Below are positions 1-15,709 of a stretch of 64,000 bases of DNA, one piece after another (within the stretch, counting starts at the first letter, position 1; each line of letters begins with the position of its first letter). Source of the DNA: Eledone cirrhosa. Its lineage: Eukaryota. The DNA is taken from assembly GCA_964016885.1 (NCBI GenBank), contig OZ024748.1:5022001-5086000 (forward strand), given 5' to 3'. Position numbers and translations under genes: made by a program. The notes beneath the pieces were generated by a model. The model was not told the DNA's origin. It ran no database searches and saw only the letters and a list, made by a program, of their open reading frames with translations.

Positions 1-68
1 GTAATAGACTGGGATAATTGCTGGCCTTGTGCCAAAAGTAGAAATAATTATACAAGGGAGGTGTTGTA

Positions 69-190
69 TTGGCAGTATCCTTAGAACGTCAGACATTTAC
101 GTTCTGAGTTCAAATCCCACCGAGGTTAACTTTGCCTTTCATCCTTACGGGGATAATTGCTGGCCTTGAGCCCAAAGTAGAAACAATTAT
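69..190 (+). mobile_element. tRNA-derived SINE (internally deleted); tail of another copy at 1-50
   Basis: A-box-like TGGCAGTATCC, B-box GAGTTCAAATCCC, core CCGAGGTTAACTTTGCCTTTCATCCTTACGGGG and tail GCTGGCCTTG...GTAGAAACAATTAT shared with about 25 copies in the window. Confidence 0.85.
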
Positions 191-247
191 ATTTTATTAT
201 CTTATATTATATTAAATAACCCCGTGTACATAGGTGTCAAAACTATG

Positions 248-720
248 TTTACGTCTATATTGAGTTTGACCACCACCATCATCACCATCGCTACCAGCAC
301 TAACACCACCACCACCACCACCATCATCACCATCGCTACCAGCACTAACACCACCACCACCACCACCACCATCATCACCATCACTACCACCACTAACACC
401 ACCACCACCACCACCATCATCACCATCACTACCACCACTAACACCACCATCGCTACCACCACTAACACCACCATCATCACCATCGCTACCACCACTAACA
501 CCACCACCACCACCATCATCACCATCGCTACCAGCACTAACACCACCACCACCACCATCATCACCATCGCTACCAGCACTAACACCACCACCACCACCAC
601 CATCATCACCATCGCTACCAGCACTAACACCACCACCACCACCACCATCATCACCATCTCTACCACCACCACCACCACCACCACCACCATCATCACCATC
701 GTTACCACCACTGCTACCAA
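248..720. repeat. ACC-rich minisatellite
   Basis: About 10 units of (ACC)n-ATCATCACCATCGCTACCAGCACTAAC. Confidence 0.9.
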
Positions 721-928
721 CAGAGCTGACATGGAGTTATTTTCCTTCGCCACCATCATCGCAAACATTACTACCAGCATGTTTTTACATGAGGGCAATG
801 ATACACTGGCAGTCAAATCTCCATTTATATCCAACATGGAGTTAAGGATATTAGCTGCTTCACCCCTACAAACATCAAATGTTCGTTTTCGAATATCTAA
901 TTCTGTATTCGAGTCCTGGATGAGAAGC
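720..928 (-). CDS. Possible coding exon, unknown product
   Basis: Acceptor-like TGTTGTTTCTAG|G at 929/928; complex open frame LLIQDSNTELDIRKRTFDVCRGEAANILNSMLDING...; no recognised homology and no clear donor. Confidence 0.2.
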
Positions 929-1080
929 CTAGAAACAACACGTTTATATTTCAAATCAGTTCACAGCTATTGTTGGGAGGCGAAGGTCAAGGCTGGACTC
1001 AAAAGAAGAAAAAGAATATTGAAAATAACAATTGTTTTAATTTCAAACAGTTCAGATGGCTTCGAAGTGTGGGGTGGAGT

Positions 1081-1143
<63 letters not shown>

Positions 1144-1185
1144 AAGTAGTGGTGGTAGTAGTAGTAAGTAGTAGTAGAAGTAGTA

Positions 1186-1246
<61 letters not shown>

Positions 1247-1260
1247 AAGTAGTAGTGGCG

Positions 1261-1317
<57 letters not shown>

Positions 1318-1412
1318 AGTAGTAGTAGAAGTAGTAGTGGTAGTAGTGGTAGTACTAGTAAGTAGTAGTAGAAGTAGTAGTGGTAGTAGTGGTAGTGGTA
1401 GTAGTAGTGGTG

Positions 1413-1471
<59 letters not shown>

Positions 1472-1530
1472 GGTGGTGGTGGTGGTGGTGGTGGTGGTGG
1501 TAGTAGTAGTAGTCGTAGTAGTAGTAGTAG
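1081..1530. repeat. (AGT)n/(GGT)n microsatellite
   Basis: Direct reading. Confidence 0.95.
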
Positions 1531-2089
1531 CTGCCTTGAAATGTTGAATATCAGGTGAAAAAAGAACCGACATCAAAGAAACAGATGTGTGAAGGTGTTT
1601 ACATGTTGTTGTTGTTGTAAGTCGGCTCTGCTTATGATCAAAGGGTTTCTAATCATGTCCATCACGCCATTCGTTGAAACATTGTGTAACCCACCCGATT
1701 AAATTCCCAAGTGTGTCCCGTCTCTAAATCTGAAGGGTGTGCTTGATAGAGATTTGGCAGTGATTTCTAGCAACTTCAGTGGTTAACATTGCCCTTCATC
1801 CTCTGGGCTGCGATAAATGGTTGTATTGGTCTAGGACGGTGATTTGGGGAATAGTCAGACCGTCGGATTTCAGAGTGTGGGACTTCTAGTTCCCTGCGGT
1901 CAGAGGTCAAATTACACTAAGAGTAACTTTCTATTTCATCCTTTGAAAGGGCGGTTAATAAAGTACTCTCCTAGGTTGGGGAGTTGGACGACACCAAATG
2001 ATATCTTGAGATTTAAATGTATTGAATCCTTGGTCTAGACCTACCTAACCCGAGTCGTCAAGGTTCTAGCAAATAACGGGACACAGTTG

Positions 2090-2725
2090 AGTATATATTG
2101 TATACAGATAGGGTATATATTGTATACAGATAGGGTATATATTGTATACTAGTTCAGTATATATAGTATACAAGTTGAATATATATTGTATACAGATAGG
2201 GTATATATTGTATACAGATAGGGTATATATTGTATGCAGATAGGGTATATATTGTATACAGATAGGGTATATATTGTATACTAGTTCAGTATATATAGTA
2301 TACAAGTTGAATATATATTGTATACAGATAGGGTATATGTTGCATACATATAGGGTATATATTGTATACAGATAGGGTTTATATTCTATACAGATAGGGT
2401 ATATATTGTATACAGATAGGGTATATATTGTATACAAGTCAGGCACATATTGTATACAGATAGGGTATATACAGGTATATATTGTATAAAGGTAGGGTGT
2501 ATATGGTATACAGATAGGGTATATATTGTATACAGATAGGGTTTATATTCTATACAGATAGGGTATATATTGTATACTAGTTCAGTATATATAGTATACA
2601 AGTTGAATATATATTGTATACAGATAGGGTATATATTGTATACAAGTCAGGCACATATTGTATACAGATAGAGTATATACAGGTATATATTGTATAAAGG
2701 TAGGGTGTATACAGATATGGTATAT
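2090..2725. repeat. 22-bp minisatellite with variant units
   Basis: Unit TATATATTGTATACAGATAGGG with recurring variants (..CTAGTTCAG, ..CAAGTTGAA, ..CAAGTCAGG). Confidence 0.95.
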
Positions 2726-2893
2726 ACACTACACTATACAATTATATCCTCCTGTTACAAAGGGCAGGATACCTAATAATAATTGAGGAAACCCAAATAA
2801 TAATAGTAATTTAGAGAAATGTTACGACAGTTGGAAGACAATGTCTTTAATGCCATAGCAACAGTGTGGAGACAATGATGGGTAGTAGTAGTG

Positions 2894-2968
<75 letters not shown>

Positions 2969-3051
2969 ATGGTAGTAATCAGGTAGTTAAGTTTGACAGG
3001 CAGAGAGAAGAGGGAGAGAAAGAGAGAGAGAGAAGTGAGGGAGAAAGCGAA

Positions 3052-3087
<36 letters not shown>

Positions 3088-4065
3088 AGGAGAGAGAGAA
3101 GTGAGGGAGAAAGCGAAAGAGAGAGAGAGAGGGAAGTGAGGGAGAAAGCGAAAGAGAGAGAAGAGAGAGAGAGATAGAGAAGGGGAGAGAGAAGTGAGGA
3201 AGAAAGCGAAAGAGAGAGAAGAGAGAGAGAGAGATAGAGATGGGGAGAGAGAAGTGAGGAAGAAAGCGAAAGAGAGAGAGAGAGAAGGGGGGGGGGAATA
3301 GAAGTGAGGGAGTAAGCGAAAGAGAGAAGAGTGTGTTTCTATGAACACACCTTAATGAAGGAGACTGACTTGTGTGTGTATGTGCGTATGTTGCGTGTGT
3401 GTGTGTGGTGTCTGTGTATGTGTGGTGTGTGTGTATGTGTGGTGTCTCTGTGTGGTGTCTGTGTGGTGTCTGTGTGTGTGTGGTGTCTGTGTGTGTGTGT
3501 GTGTGTGTATGTGTGGTGTCTGTGTGTGGTGTCTGTGTGTATGTGGTGTGAGTGTATGAGTGCGTCTGTGATCAATAACAGTATTGATACATAACCATGT
3601 GTTAGATGATACTACTCTATAATAAGGTTCATTTTAAAGGGACATTCTGTCTCTGAGTGTGCGTGTGTGTGTGTATGTGTATATGTGTGTGTGTATATAT
3701 ATATATATGTGTGTGTGTGTGTATATATATATATATGTGTGAGTGTATATATATATGTGTGTGTGTGTGTGTTTGCAAGTCTTTTAAGGAAACTATGTGT
3801 TGTTAAGTATGTGTAAATACAGAGATTTCTTGGTCTATGGTTTCCTGTATAATTATGTTTGTGTGTATTTATTTGTGTGTGTGTGTGTGTGTGCAGGTCT
3901 TTTAAGGAACATGTGTAAGTTTGTACTTAGTACTACGCAAATATGTGTTGTTACGTATGTGTACTTGTTGAGAATTCTTGGTCTACGGTTGCCTGTATAA
4001 TTACATATGGGTGTGTAAGTGTGTATGTGTGAGTGTGTATATGTGTGCACATAAGATTGAGCATG

Positions 4066-4126
<61 letters not shown>

Positions 4127-4251
4127 AAGTGATTATATGAGCGTTACGTTTGTATAGGTAAGTTTGTCGTATGTATATATATTGATTCATCTATAAACAT
4201 ATCTAATAATCTGTCCAACCATCTATATCTAAACATTTAAGCCACTGATAA

Positions 4252-4475
<224 letters not shown>

Positions 4476-4662
4476 TTATATATGTATATATATAATACAT
4501 AGAGAGAGAGATTATATATATATATTTGTACTAAAGATGAATGAAGTATGTATTTAGATGTGAATGTAAATATGTATGTATGTGTGTACGATTCCTGTTT
4601 ATGTGTATATTTGTATGCATGTATGCAAGCACACACACATGCACACACAACACACACACACA

Positions 4663-4707
<45 letters not shown>

Positions 4708-4970
4708 CAACAAACATGCGTGACAAACACAATTAACTCTTTATCTTCTGTCCAACTGCTCATATTTCATTCGAAAGGAAAACAATAACAGCAACAATAC
4801 AAAATTAAACAACTATAATATAACAAAAAACAATCACTCAAATATACAAAAACAAAATAAAAAAATTAAAGAACAACGAAAAATATAACAGCTTCAAAAA
4901 CCCTTGAAAAGCTCCACCTTAAGATTGAAGGGCAAAAAACTTAAACCATTTACTAGAGTTAAGTAGTAAC

Positions 4971-5133
4971 CTTAGCTGTGAAAAGTATTTAGACGGTAGC
5001 AACTTGAGCCCCGTTCTTATCACTGAAAGTGTAAAACAGTACAAAATGGCTGACTGTATGAGCGCCAGAGTTCCATAGTTATAAGTAACGTTTCCTACTT
5101 CTTTCCTAGATAAGTTCGCCATATTAAAAACAG
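4971..5133 (-). CDS. Possible coding exon, unknown product
   Basis: Polypyrimidine tract plus TTCATTCAG| acceptor at 5134/5133; ATG in AATATGG at 5122; frame MANLSRKEVGNVTYNYGTLALIQSAILYCFTLSVIRTG...; weak donor AAG|GTTACT at 4971. Confidence 0.25.
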
Positions 5134-5854
5134 CTGAATGAACAAAGAGGAAAGAGAAATTTAGTGCGTTGTCTCGTGTCACATATCACTATATTATTTA
5201 GTTAAGTATTGTACCCAGCCATCATTCACCGATTTCTCACACAGTATTAGTTTTGTAAGCGTTGGAGTGGATGTGAGGAGCTTCGTTTTCTATCCCTAGT
5301 CATATGTTGTTGCTGTTGTTGTTGATATTGCTGATGTTGTTATTTGTGTTGTCCTTGTTGAACACAATTTCAACTCTGATCGAACAATCCAGCTCAAACT
5401 ATCTTGTCCTTTTTGTATAATTTACAAAAAATGACATTTTCCGGTGTTAGCTTTCTTGGTTGCGTGGGTGATGTTGAAGGTACATTTTACTGTTATTTTT
5501 AGCACATCGATCTATCGCACATCAGATCTCACAATCTCACAAAAATGTCCGTTTTCTCGCGTAATTTCAGGCAGATTTATTTGGTATTATCTGGTGGGGA
5601 AGCAACGGTGTAGAGATCTACAACAACTCAATGTTCCTGAGCTATCATTTATTCAATGTCTACTACTGCTATGGCAAACCAACAACTGTTGACCAGGTTC
5701 TAAGACGTTAGCAACTAACGAAGGGACGGTGGGGAATGAGGTGGAGGGGTAATCGAGGGGTAATCAAAAAGGGTCAAAGATCTGTATAATATAGAATAAT
5801 CTTTCACTTGGTCTCAGCCAGTTACTTCCTCTCTAACGCACACAACCACACAGA

Positions 5855-5895
<41 letters not shown>

Positions 5896-5930
5896 GTGTG
5901 TGTGTGTGAGAGTGACTAAAACGCACACAC

Positions 5931-6141
<211 letters not shown>

Positions 6142-6359
6142 ATATATATATATACTATATATATATATATATATGTGTATATATATATATATATATATGT
6201 ATATATAATATGTATATGTATATTTCAATATAATTTATACCGACAAAGAACTTTCGTTTCGCCCAAAAAGGTTGGTCATAGAAATATGAGAGTTACCAAA
6301 CACACACATACATAAGGGAAAACTGAAGTCAAACCATGATGATGATGTTAATGATGATG

Positions 6360-6414
<55 letters not shown>

Positions 6415-6527
6415 ATTAACACACACCTAAACACCGAAGAACATTTCTGAAATATGGTGATGTGAGAAGAAGATAAATTGGATGTCGGAAACTGCTTGGG
6501 AAAGAGACGGAACCAACAAAGAAGTAA

Positions 6528-6885
6528 ATAATTGTTTCTACTTTTGGCACAAGGCCAGCAATTACCCAGTACATTACTGGTACTTTATTTTATCGACCCC
6601 GTAAGGATGAAAGGCAAAGTTAACCTCGGCGGGATTTGAACTCAGACCATAAAGGGCCGTAACTCTTTGCTGCAAAGCATGGCTAATAATTGTTTCTACT
6701 TTTTAAGGGGAGGGAAAAGTCGATTAAATCGACCCCAGTGCGTTACTGGTACTTTATTTTATCGACCCCGTAAGGATGAAAGGCAAAGTTAACCTCAGCG
6801 GGATTTGAACTCAGAATGGAAGGGCTGTAACTCTATGCGTCAAAGCATTGCGTCCGACCCTCTACCGATACTGCCAAGCTGCACT
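6528..6885 (-). mobile_element. Two tandem tRNA-derived SINE copies
   Basis: Core ACTGGTACTTTATTTTATCGACCCCGTAAGGATGAAAGGCAAAGTTAACCTC and reverse B-box GGGATTTGAACTC, each twice. Confidence 0.9.
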
Positions 6886-6994
6886 ATAAACGTACAACTA
6901 TACTTTAAGACGTGATCCCAATATTTTAAGACATCATGAACTCAATATTTCATCTCTACATTATAGTATTGCATGGAAATAATTGCAACTACAA

Positions 6995-7200
6995 CAGCAA
7001 CTACAACAACTACAACTGCAACAATAACAGCAACAAAAACAACTACTATAGCAGCAACAACAACTACAACTGCAACAATAACAGCAACAAAAACAACTAC
7101 TATAGCAGCAACAACAACTACAACTGCAACAATAACAGCAACAAAAACAACTACTATAGCAGCAACAACAACTACAATTGCAACAATAACAGCAACTACA
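6995..7200. repeat. 54-bp AAC-rich minisatellite
   Basis: About 3.7 units of CAACAACTACAACTGCAACAATAACAGCAACAAAAACAACTACTATAGCAGCAA. Confidence 0.9.
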
Positions 7201-7426
7201 GTAAGAACAATGAAATATTTCGGCAGGAAGATGATCTCTTTGATGTGTCGGGGTATGATGAAATATGTCAGTGAAGGACAATATAATTGTGTTTAAAATA
7301 AACATCTCTGATAAGGAGAAAGAGGGAATGGAAAGGGGGGGGGGGGATATAGAGAGAAGTGAGGGAGAAAGAGTCAGAGAGGGGGAGATAGAAAGAGGAG
7401 GAGTGGACGGGAGAGAGAGAAGTGAG

Positions 7427-7548
<122 letters not shown>

Positions 7549-8998
7549 GAGAATAAAAGATATTGAGAGGAAAGAATAAACATCAAATAATAAGAATAAG
7601 AAATACAAGTTGAGAAAAAATTGATTGAGATAGAAAAATGAGAGAAGAACAAATGAAGGAGTGAAAGAAAGAAAATAGGAAAGAGACGAAAAGAAAGATA
7701 CAAAGAAAATGTAAGAAAAAGAAAGAAAAGGAATAAAGCAGAGAATGATAGAAGAGTGAAAGAAAGGATGAAATAGAGAAAGAAGGAAATAAAGAAAATA
7801 AAAACAAAAGAAAGTATAAAATATAGCAATTAATAAGAAAACTGGGAAAGAAGTGAATGAAGAAGGAAAACATGAAAGAAAAAACAAATTGAACGAAAGA
7901 AAGAAAGGAAGAAACAAAGAAAAAAAAAAGAAAAAAGAAAGATAAAAGAAAGAACGAAAGAAAGAAAGAAAAAAGAAAGAAAGAAAGAAGCGAAAGAAAC
8001 TGAATGGTTTTGGGGGAAATAAAATGTGATAAAATCTATGTGAAAGTTAACTGAAGTGGAATTGATGGAGAGAGAAGGAAGATGAGGAATGAATGGAAAG
8101 GTGGTGGTGATATTGATTGTATAGCTAGTGTTGGTAGTGTTGGTAGTGGTGGTAGTGGTGGTAGTGGTGTTGTTGCCCCACGGTGACCTCCAGACTTTGC
8201 CTGGATCAGGTGAAAGTTGAACACCAAACATGAAGGGAAAAGACAAGATTACAAGAAAGACATGCTTTGTCTGTCAACACTGGTTAGTGGTGGTGTTGGT
8301 TATGGTGTTGGTGTTGGTGGTGGTGGTGGTGGTGTTAGTGGTAGTGGTGGTGGTGTTGGTCGTCGTTGTGGTGTTGGTAGTAGTGATGTGTTATATGCCT
8401 TTGACTAAGAAACTTCATTTCACATTGCTCCACTTCACTCGGATAGAAAAGGAATGCAACGACGATGACGATAGCAGATAGTTAAGCTTGTCATGGAACA
8501 GTGTCTTGTCCAGCGAAGAGTGGAGTTTTCTACTCTCAGTCGCTTAACGCCTCTGAGATCCAACCAAGATACAATTCGGCTCTTTGAGTGTTTAAATTTG
8601 AGACATACATTACATTCAAAAACCTTTCTTTAGCTGGTTCAAGCTGTTAAATTTCAGTAATTCATACACAAACTTGTATGCACAAGTTCAGAATTAAATT
8701 CTAATTTAATAACTATGCCTACAACATTAAACCGTTTAACGACTGGTTAGGGCTGCTAAGGTTAGCCACTGTACACATACATACGGGCGTACACAAGCTT
8801 AGAATTAAGTTCTACTTTAAAATTGGTCTGTCCAACTTTAACTATTCATTAAAGTGTAAACAAGTTTAGAAGAATTTACCGTTTCGTTTCAGGAATCTTG
8901 TTCTCTCGATTCCTTGACCTCGCATAATACGGCGATAAGTTCCACTTGATGAGCCTCTAAACTGAGATATACTTCAACTTTAAAACCTATCTTCTTAA

Positions 8999-9219
8999 CC
9001 CTTTAGCTTTTAAACCGTCCGTATCTGGCCAGAATTCTCTCACCTCTGTCTGTGCAAACCGGCCATAACCGGCCACATATACTCACATTAAGGTATTGTT
9101 CCCAAAATAAATAATAACATCATCAACATCTCATAGATTCCATGTTATGTGAGATAATTATTTGAGATAATGCCTTTGTCATGAAAATATAATAGCAGAA
9201 TAATGTAAATGCTAAAGGT
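8999..9219. mobile_element. piggyBac-like MITE
   Basis: TTAA flanks (8995-8998, 9220-9223) and terminal inverted repeats CCCTTTAGCTTTTA / TAAATGCTAAAGGT. Confidence 0.7.
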
Positions 9220-9807
9220 TTAAATTTAACAAGTAATTTGTAGCTTAAACAGATTTGGAAGACGATTTCATCTTAGTAACTAAACCAAGATGTGAAACCT
9301 GAAAACAGGGTTAGTATGTGGAGCAAAAATATTTAGAAAATGGTAACCTTGTGTCGCCCCATCCATAGTCGAGTATGGGATATCACAGTTAAACTCCGAG
9401 TAAGGTTGTAGCGTAAACATGGTTAGAAGTTCGCCTGGTGACACTGTCGTCCTATCTTTACAGAGGGAGTCACACCATATCTTCGGGTTCAGTCTGTATA
9501 TAGGTATACATATTTAGAAGTTCACATTGTGATGCCCTGACATCCTATCCCGAATGGTGGAGTCATGTATTAACTCCTGTTAATATGAGTTAAGTGGGTT
9601 TAAAAGAAGTTTTAATCTCAGAAAATAAAACAAGATATCGAAATTTGAAACGATTACATTTTTTTTCTATATTACAACACACAAAAATAATTATTTCTTC
9701 TTTTGGAACAAAGTCACTTTATCTTATTGACCCCGTAATGATGAAAGGCAAAATAATAATAACTTTAGAATAAAACATTGAAAACTCATAAATGCTACAT
9801 ACCAAAT

Positions 9808-10245
9808 AATATTAGTTTCTGATTTAGGTAAAAGTTCAACAATTTTTGGGGAGAGGGAAAACGATTAAATCGACCTCAGTGCATTACTGGTATTTTATTT
9901 TATCGACCCCGTAAGGATGAAAGGCAAAGTTAACCTCAGCAGGTTTTGAACTCAGATCGTAAAGGGCCTTAACTCTATGCCATAACGCATGTTGTCCGAT
10001 GTTCCACCGTTACTGCTGATGTCTAATATTGGTTTTTGATTTAAACACAAGACCAACAATTTGAGAGAAAGGGGAATCGATTAAATTGCTCCCAGTGCAT
10101 TACTGGTACTTTATTTAATCAACCCCGTAAGGATGAAAGGGCAAAGCTAACCGCGACAGGATTTGAACTCAGGTTGTAAAAGGCCTTAGCTCTATGCCAT
10201 AAAGCATGTTTGTTGCCCGACGCTCTACCGATTAATGCCAATGTA
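9808..10245 (-). mobile_element. Two tandem SINE copies (longer-tail subfamily)
   Basis: Same core and B-box, with an extra CGATTAAATCGACC-type segment. Confidence 0.85.
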
Positions 10246-11677
10246 TAATATTTAAAATAATACCTCCTCTTGTCTCTTTACTTTGCCCAATTTTTCTCTT
10301 ATTTCATTTGATAGACAACTAACTCAGCAGGTCAGGTTTTATTTCCTAGCCCACTCCACACAGATAAACTACTCACTCATATACAGCGATATTTAAATTA
10401 TTATGTTACTTAAAGTTTATGTTTTTTAAACAATAATAATAATTATTATTATTATTAATGGTGGAATGAGGGTAATTTTATTTGTTCTGATTTTTTTCTT
10501 ATCCATATCGTTCATTCGGTGTGGTTGTGGTGGTGTTCGTCGGCTGGCTGGTACATAGTTAAAAGACAATAAAAATTACAGCCAGTGTTTTATAGAGTAA
10601 TAAATACAGTGAGAGTGAAAGGGGGAAGAGAGAGAGAGAGAGAGTGAAAGTGGGAAGAAAAGGAGAAAAAGAGAGGGACAGGGAGAGAGAGAGAGGGAGA
10701 TTGTTTAAGATATTATTACTTCAATATAATCTTGGCATGGTTTAGACACAAGACCAAGTCTGCCAAGTTTGAAGGAGTTTACATCGTTCTCAATCACTAA
10801 AGCATTATCATCATCATCATCATTTTATTATTATTATTATTATTCATCTATTTATTCTAAAATTTAACCTTTTTTTTTTTTTACTTCTTTTCATTAAACA
10901 GCCGAGGGATGGAAGTTAGACAATGTCACCCCAGGTGGTTTTTAAATACAGAAAACACAGCAGAGACCAAATTAAATGTTATAAGGCATTTAAGTAAGGT
11001 GAACTGTCATTTTATTTCGCTATTTTCTAGTGACGTTGTAAGGGCAGGTAGGGCAAGGTCTATGACCCCGTTTCAAGGCCTCCATCAACAGTGGGAGGAA
11101 CAGAGGAAGTTTATTTTCAATCCACAGACCTGACCTGAATACCTGCATAAGAGTAGACTCCGCTAGAGGTAACCATGGACCAAGTGGTGCAATTAAAGTG
11201 TGCTATGGGTTAGACCGACTGCCTGAGAACAGTAACTAAGAACGCAGAAAGCTGAGTAAATAGTGCTGTATAACCCTAATCTTGACACCAAAGACTCTGC
11301 TTATTCCCAATCCTGGTTAGCAATATAACTATATCTCTCATATAAGTTCGCTTGTTACGACATGCGTTCGGGATTTACTCTTTAAACGACACTACCTATG
11401 AAAAGAAATCGAAAACATAATCCAAATATTTAGCACAATGAATCAAATTTAAGTGTTGTACTTTAAATAAATTTATTCATGGGTTGAAATCGAAGACATA
11501 ACGAAAATCTTTGACATAAAATAATATTCTAAGGATTCAAAAATGCATGTATAAAAGACATAATTTTATAAGATTTCAGATGACCCATAATAGTATATGA
11601 TATGGACCTATTACATATCAAGAAAGTAAAAAAGCTATTTTACAAAAAAATATAACAGCAATATATAAATTTATTCA

Positions 11678-11785
11678 ATAATAATTGTTTCTACTTTAGG
11701 CACAAGGCCAGCAATTACCCAGTTCATTACTGGTACTTTATTTTATCGACCCCGTAAGGATGAAAGGCAAAGTCAACCTCGGCAA
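11678..11785 (-). mobile_element. 5'-truncated SINE
   Basis: Tail and core only. Confidence 0.85.
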
Positions 11786-11898
11786 TATGGCTAAACTCTA
11801 TAAGATATCGCTGTCACATAAAGATTTAATAAGACTATATGATAAGGCTATCATATGATAACAGCTCTAACTCTAAAATAATTTTATCATAAAGAGTT

Positions 11899-12086
11899 AA
11901 TAATTGCTTCTACTTTAGGCACAAGGCTAGCAATTATCCAGTACATTACTGGTACTTTATTTTATCGACCCCGTAAGGATGAAAGGCAAAGTTAACCTCG
12001 GCGGGATTTGAACTCAGACTGTAAAGGGACGTAACTATGTTAGAAAGCATGGCGTCCAACCCTCTACCGATACTGCCAATTCACCA
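11899..12086 (-). mobile_element. Full-length tRNA-derived SINE
   Basis: On the minus strand: head GGTGAATTGGCAGTATCGGTAGAGG, B-box GAGTTCAAATCCC, core resembling the Meta domain, AAT tail. Confidence 0.9.
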
Positions 12087-12848
12087 ATAATGATTTGATA
12101 ATAAGGTTATCAAATTATAATAATATTACTATATAATGATTTCTCATAATAATTCCATAACATTTTTATTGAATATAGCTGCTATATGATAATGCTAAAC
12201 CACAAGGATAATATAATTATAACACTATATAATAATCGTATCACATAATAAATATAATAATGTTGAGAATATATAACTATAATGATAAGAGTTACAACAA
12301 CTCCAACAACACTTAGAATAACGTCATGTCATAAAAACACAGCAGTCTGCTATTAAAAAAAGAAAGTGTTATTTTATTCGTACTCAAAATGTCATCTAGA
12401 GAGAAAGAGGGAGATAGGGACAGAGAAAGAAAGAGAGTGGATGTGAGAGGGAGAGAAAGAAAGGGAGTCGATTGGAGAGGGAAAGAAAGAAAGGGAGTGG
12501 CTGGGAGATATAGAGAGAGAAGCGATAAAAGTAAAGAGATTACCGTTGAGTGTTATTATATAGATGCAGGAAGTGACATAAACTGCCTCCTTGATAGGAT
12601 TAGGGTAACGAACGGACAAATAAAAACCGTCCATTTTCACTACATTAATTTAACAGCAGCCATTTTTCCACACCATAATACATCGTAATGTTTATTGTTG
12701 TGTTGTTGTTGTTGTTGTTGGCAGCGGTGCTGGTGGAGATGATAGCGTTAATGGTGATATTAATAGAGAGTCTCAAAAGCTATGTTCGCCCCGCTAGAAA
12801 TAGTTGCTACGCCTTCAAATAACACTAGAAATTTTTTGAAACAAAATA

Positions 12849-12961
12849 TAGGGTGTCCAAAAACATTTTTTTAAAAAATCTATACACACTTCAACAACAT
12901 TCTAATAAATATTGTATGTACAGGCAATAAAACTGTGGTTACATTTTTTGGGGACATCCTG
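12849..12961. mobile_element. Tc1/mariner-type MITE
   Basis: TA flanks; inverted termini TAGGGTGTCCAAAAA / TTTTTGGGGACATCCTG; related copy in opposite orientation at 32756-32833. Confidence 0.7.
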
Positions 12962-13339
12962 TATATATCTTGTGGATAAATATGATCTTAGATTACATTC
13001 TTCTTGAAAACGAACGAACAAATGAAAAGACGTGACAACCACATATGAAAAGCTTTCAATCACAGAACACCTTAATCAGGGCTAACTTAGAGTTAAACAG
13101 CAACAACTACAACAACAAGTCGACATTGATCTTTGAACCTATTTGTTATATGTGACAATCACAATCATTTATCAATCAGCGGGGTGATTATATTGTTGAG
13201 TCACTAATTACAACTGAAATATCAAATTAGATATATCAAGTAATATCATTGGTTGAATAGGTATGATGTCATTTGTCCTTACAAGATCACTCTGCACCCA
13301 ATAGCTTTTGAAAACGAACATATTGTATGGGCAAATATA

Positions 13340-13945
13340 ATCCTAGATGCACTGATCAAATAAAAATCGGAGTTAGTATGATTGGAATAATAAAACGCAA
13401 AGTTGAACTCGGCGGGATTTGAACCTAGAAATAAAGGCCATATTTAATTAAATGCAGTAAAGTATGTTTTCCGACGTTCTAAGTATTCTGCCAATACAGA
13501 ACACTTGGTGCCTATAATAATGGCTTCTTATATTGGTTCAAGGCCAGCAATTTGGGAGGAGGGGAACATCGATTAAATCGACCCAGTGCGTGACTGGTAC
13601 TTAATTTTATCGACCCCATAATTATGAAAGCAAAGTTAACCTCGGCGCGATTTGAACTCAGATCATAAAGGACCGTAACTCTATGCTGCAAAGCATGGCT
13701 TCCGACCCTCTACCGATACTGCCAATCCACCGTCCTCATTGGTGCATATAATAATTATTTAATTGTTTTTACTTTTGGCACAAGGCCAGCAATCACCCAG
13801 TGAATTACTGGTACTTTATTTTATCGACCCCGTAAGGATGAAAGGCAAAGTTAACCTCGGCCGGATTTGAACTCAGAATGGCAAAGGTCCTAGCTCTATG
13901 CGTCAAAGCATGGTGTGCGACCCCCTACCGATACTGCCAATCCAA
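13340..13945 (-). mobile_element. Three tandem SINE copies of differing divergence
   Basis: Three GATTTGAAC reverse B-box motifs with cores. Confidence 0.85.
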
Positions 13946-14729
13946 TGGTTTCTTATATTGTTTGGTGCCTATAATAATGAAATAGCACAATGGAAAATAT
14001 AGTCGAAGGAAAGAGGGACGAAAATAATCCCAAATTGCTTGATTACTATACGAATTCCTTAACCACACAGCCATGGCAGAAGCTATATTGCATGATATAT
14101 TGCTGTATGTACTCCTAGGTACACTAAGCTTGACAAATATTATTTCCTGAGCCTAACCAATGAGGCCTGACTGCACTTAATGAAACATTTGGAACGAAAT
14201 TAAAACAGATGTTGCTTGCTAGGAATGTTGGTACTTATGTTTCCAAAGACTTATTCTTCGATTACTTCTGCTGGTTGCTGCTGTAACTGATTGCTGCTGC
14301 TACAACTACTACTACTACTACTACCATCACCACCACTACTACTACTAGTAAAGCGAATACAGCAGGTGAGCCGAATCAATTAAATGGCAGCGCGCTGTAT
14401 CGATATATCTAATATAAAAAAGACCACCAGGCAGTCATGTCTCTCATTAATGTTACACAGAATGGGAGGAGAAGGAAAATGATGATGATGATGATGATGA
14501 GGAGGAGGAGGAGGAGGGGGTGAGGAGGAGGAGGAGGAGGAGGTGGAGGAAGAGGAGGATGGTGAGAAGGAGGAGGAAGAATTACTCTCCTATTCTCTTA
14601 TTAAAATCTACCAAGAAGGTTTAATGAGTATTTCCATATACCGTGTCTGAAACTACTTTCTTGTATGTAGTATTGGGAAGTTAACTTGCAAGTGGCGGAG
14701 CATTCCAGAGACTTGTGTACTCTGATACA

Positions 14730-15150
<421 letters not shown>

Positions 15151-15709
15151 AAGACTCCTCAAAGTTCAAAATTTATTATTCATAGAATATCGAACACCCC
15201 ACAAACACGTCAAACCAAACCGATTTTAAATAAACTCAAATGACATTATTTCATTTTTCATTTTTTAAAAGCAATTTATTTACTTATTTATTTATTTTAT
15301 GAAATCATTTATTTAATGCTTTTTAAACCGGTTGCCTTACCATATTGTTATGATAAGAGTCATTAATTAAATTTTTTAACTGGAATAAATTTGTTGAACA
15401 GCACCTAATAAATCATGTTTTGAATTTAATTAGAAAAATTAAAGCTTGTTTTAAATCCATTGTTCTTTGCAGAAAGCCGGAACCTGGATTAATATTGCCA
15501 TAAAAACAAAACATACATTAATGCAATAATCCCATTGAGAATTTAGTGTTTGTAGAAATTTCTTGAAAATTGAATTCCATCATCCTCGCTTTTATTTGAA
15601 GCATGGTGGAGAATCAGTAACTCTCTCAGTAAAGTCGACATTTTGGAATCACGGCTTTGTATCGACTCCACAATTTAAATCCGTGTTTACTCTTAACGAA
15701 TATTATTGA

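Noticed and set aside
224-1171. 315-aa mucin-like ORF on the plus strand
   Set aside because: Length comes mostly from ACC and AGT repeats; no independent support
11990-12086. tRNA gene
   Set aside because: A/B boxes belong to SINE heads; no cloverleaf, and they continue into the SINE core
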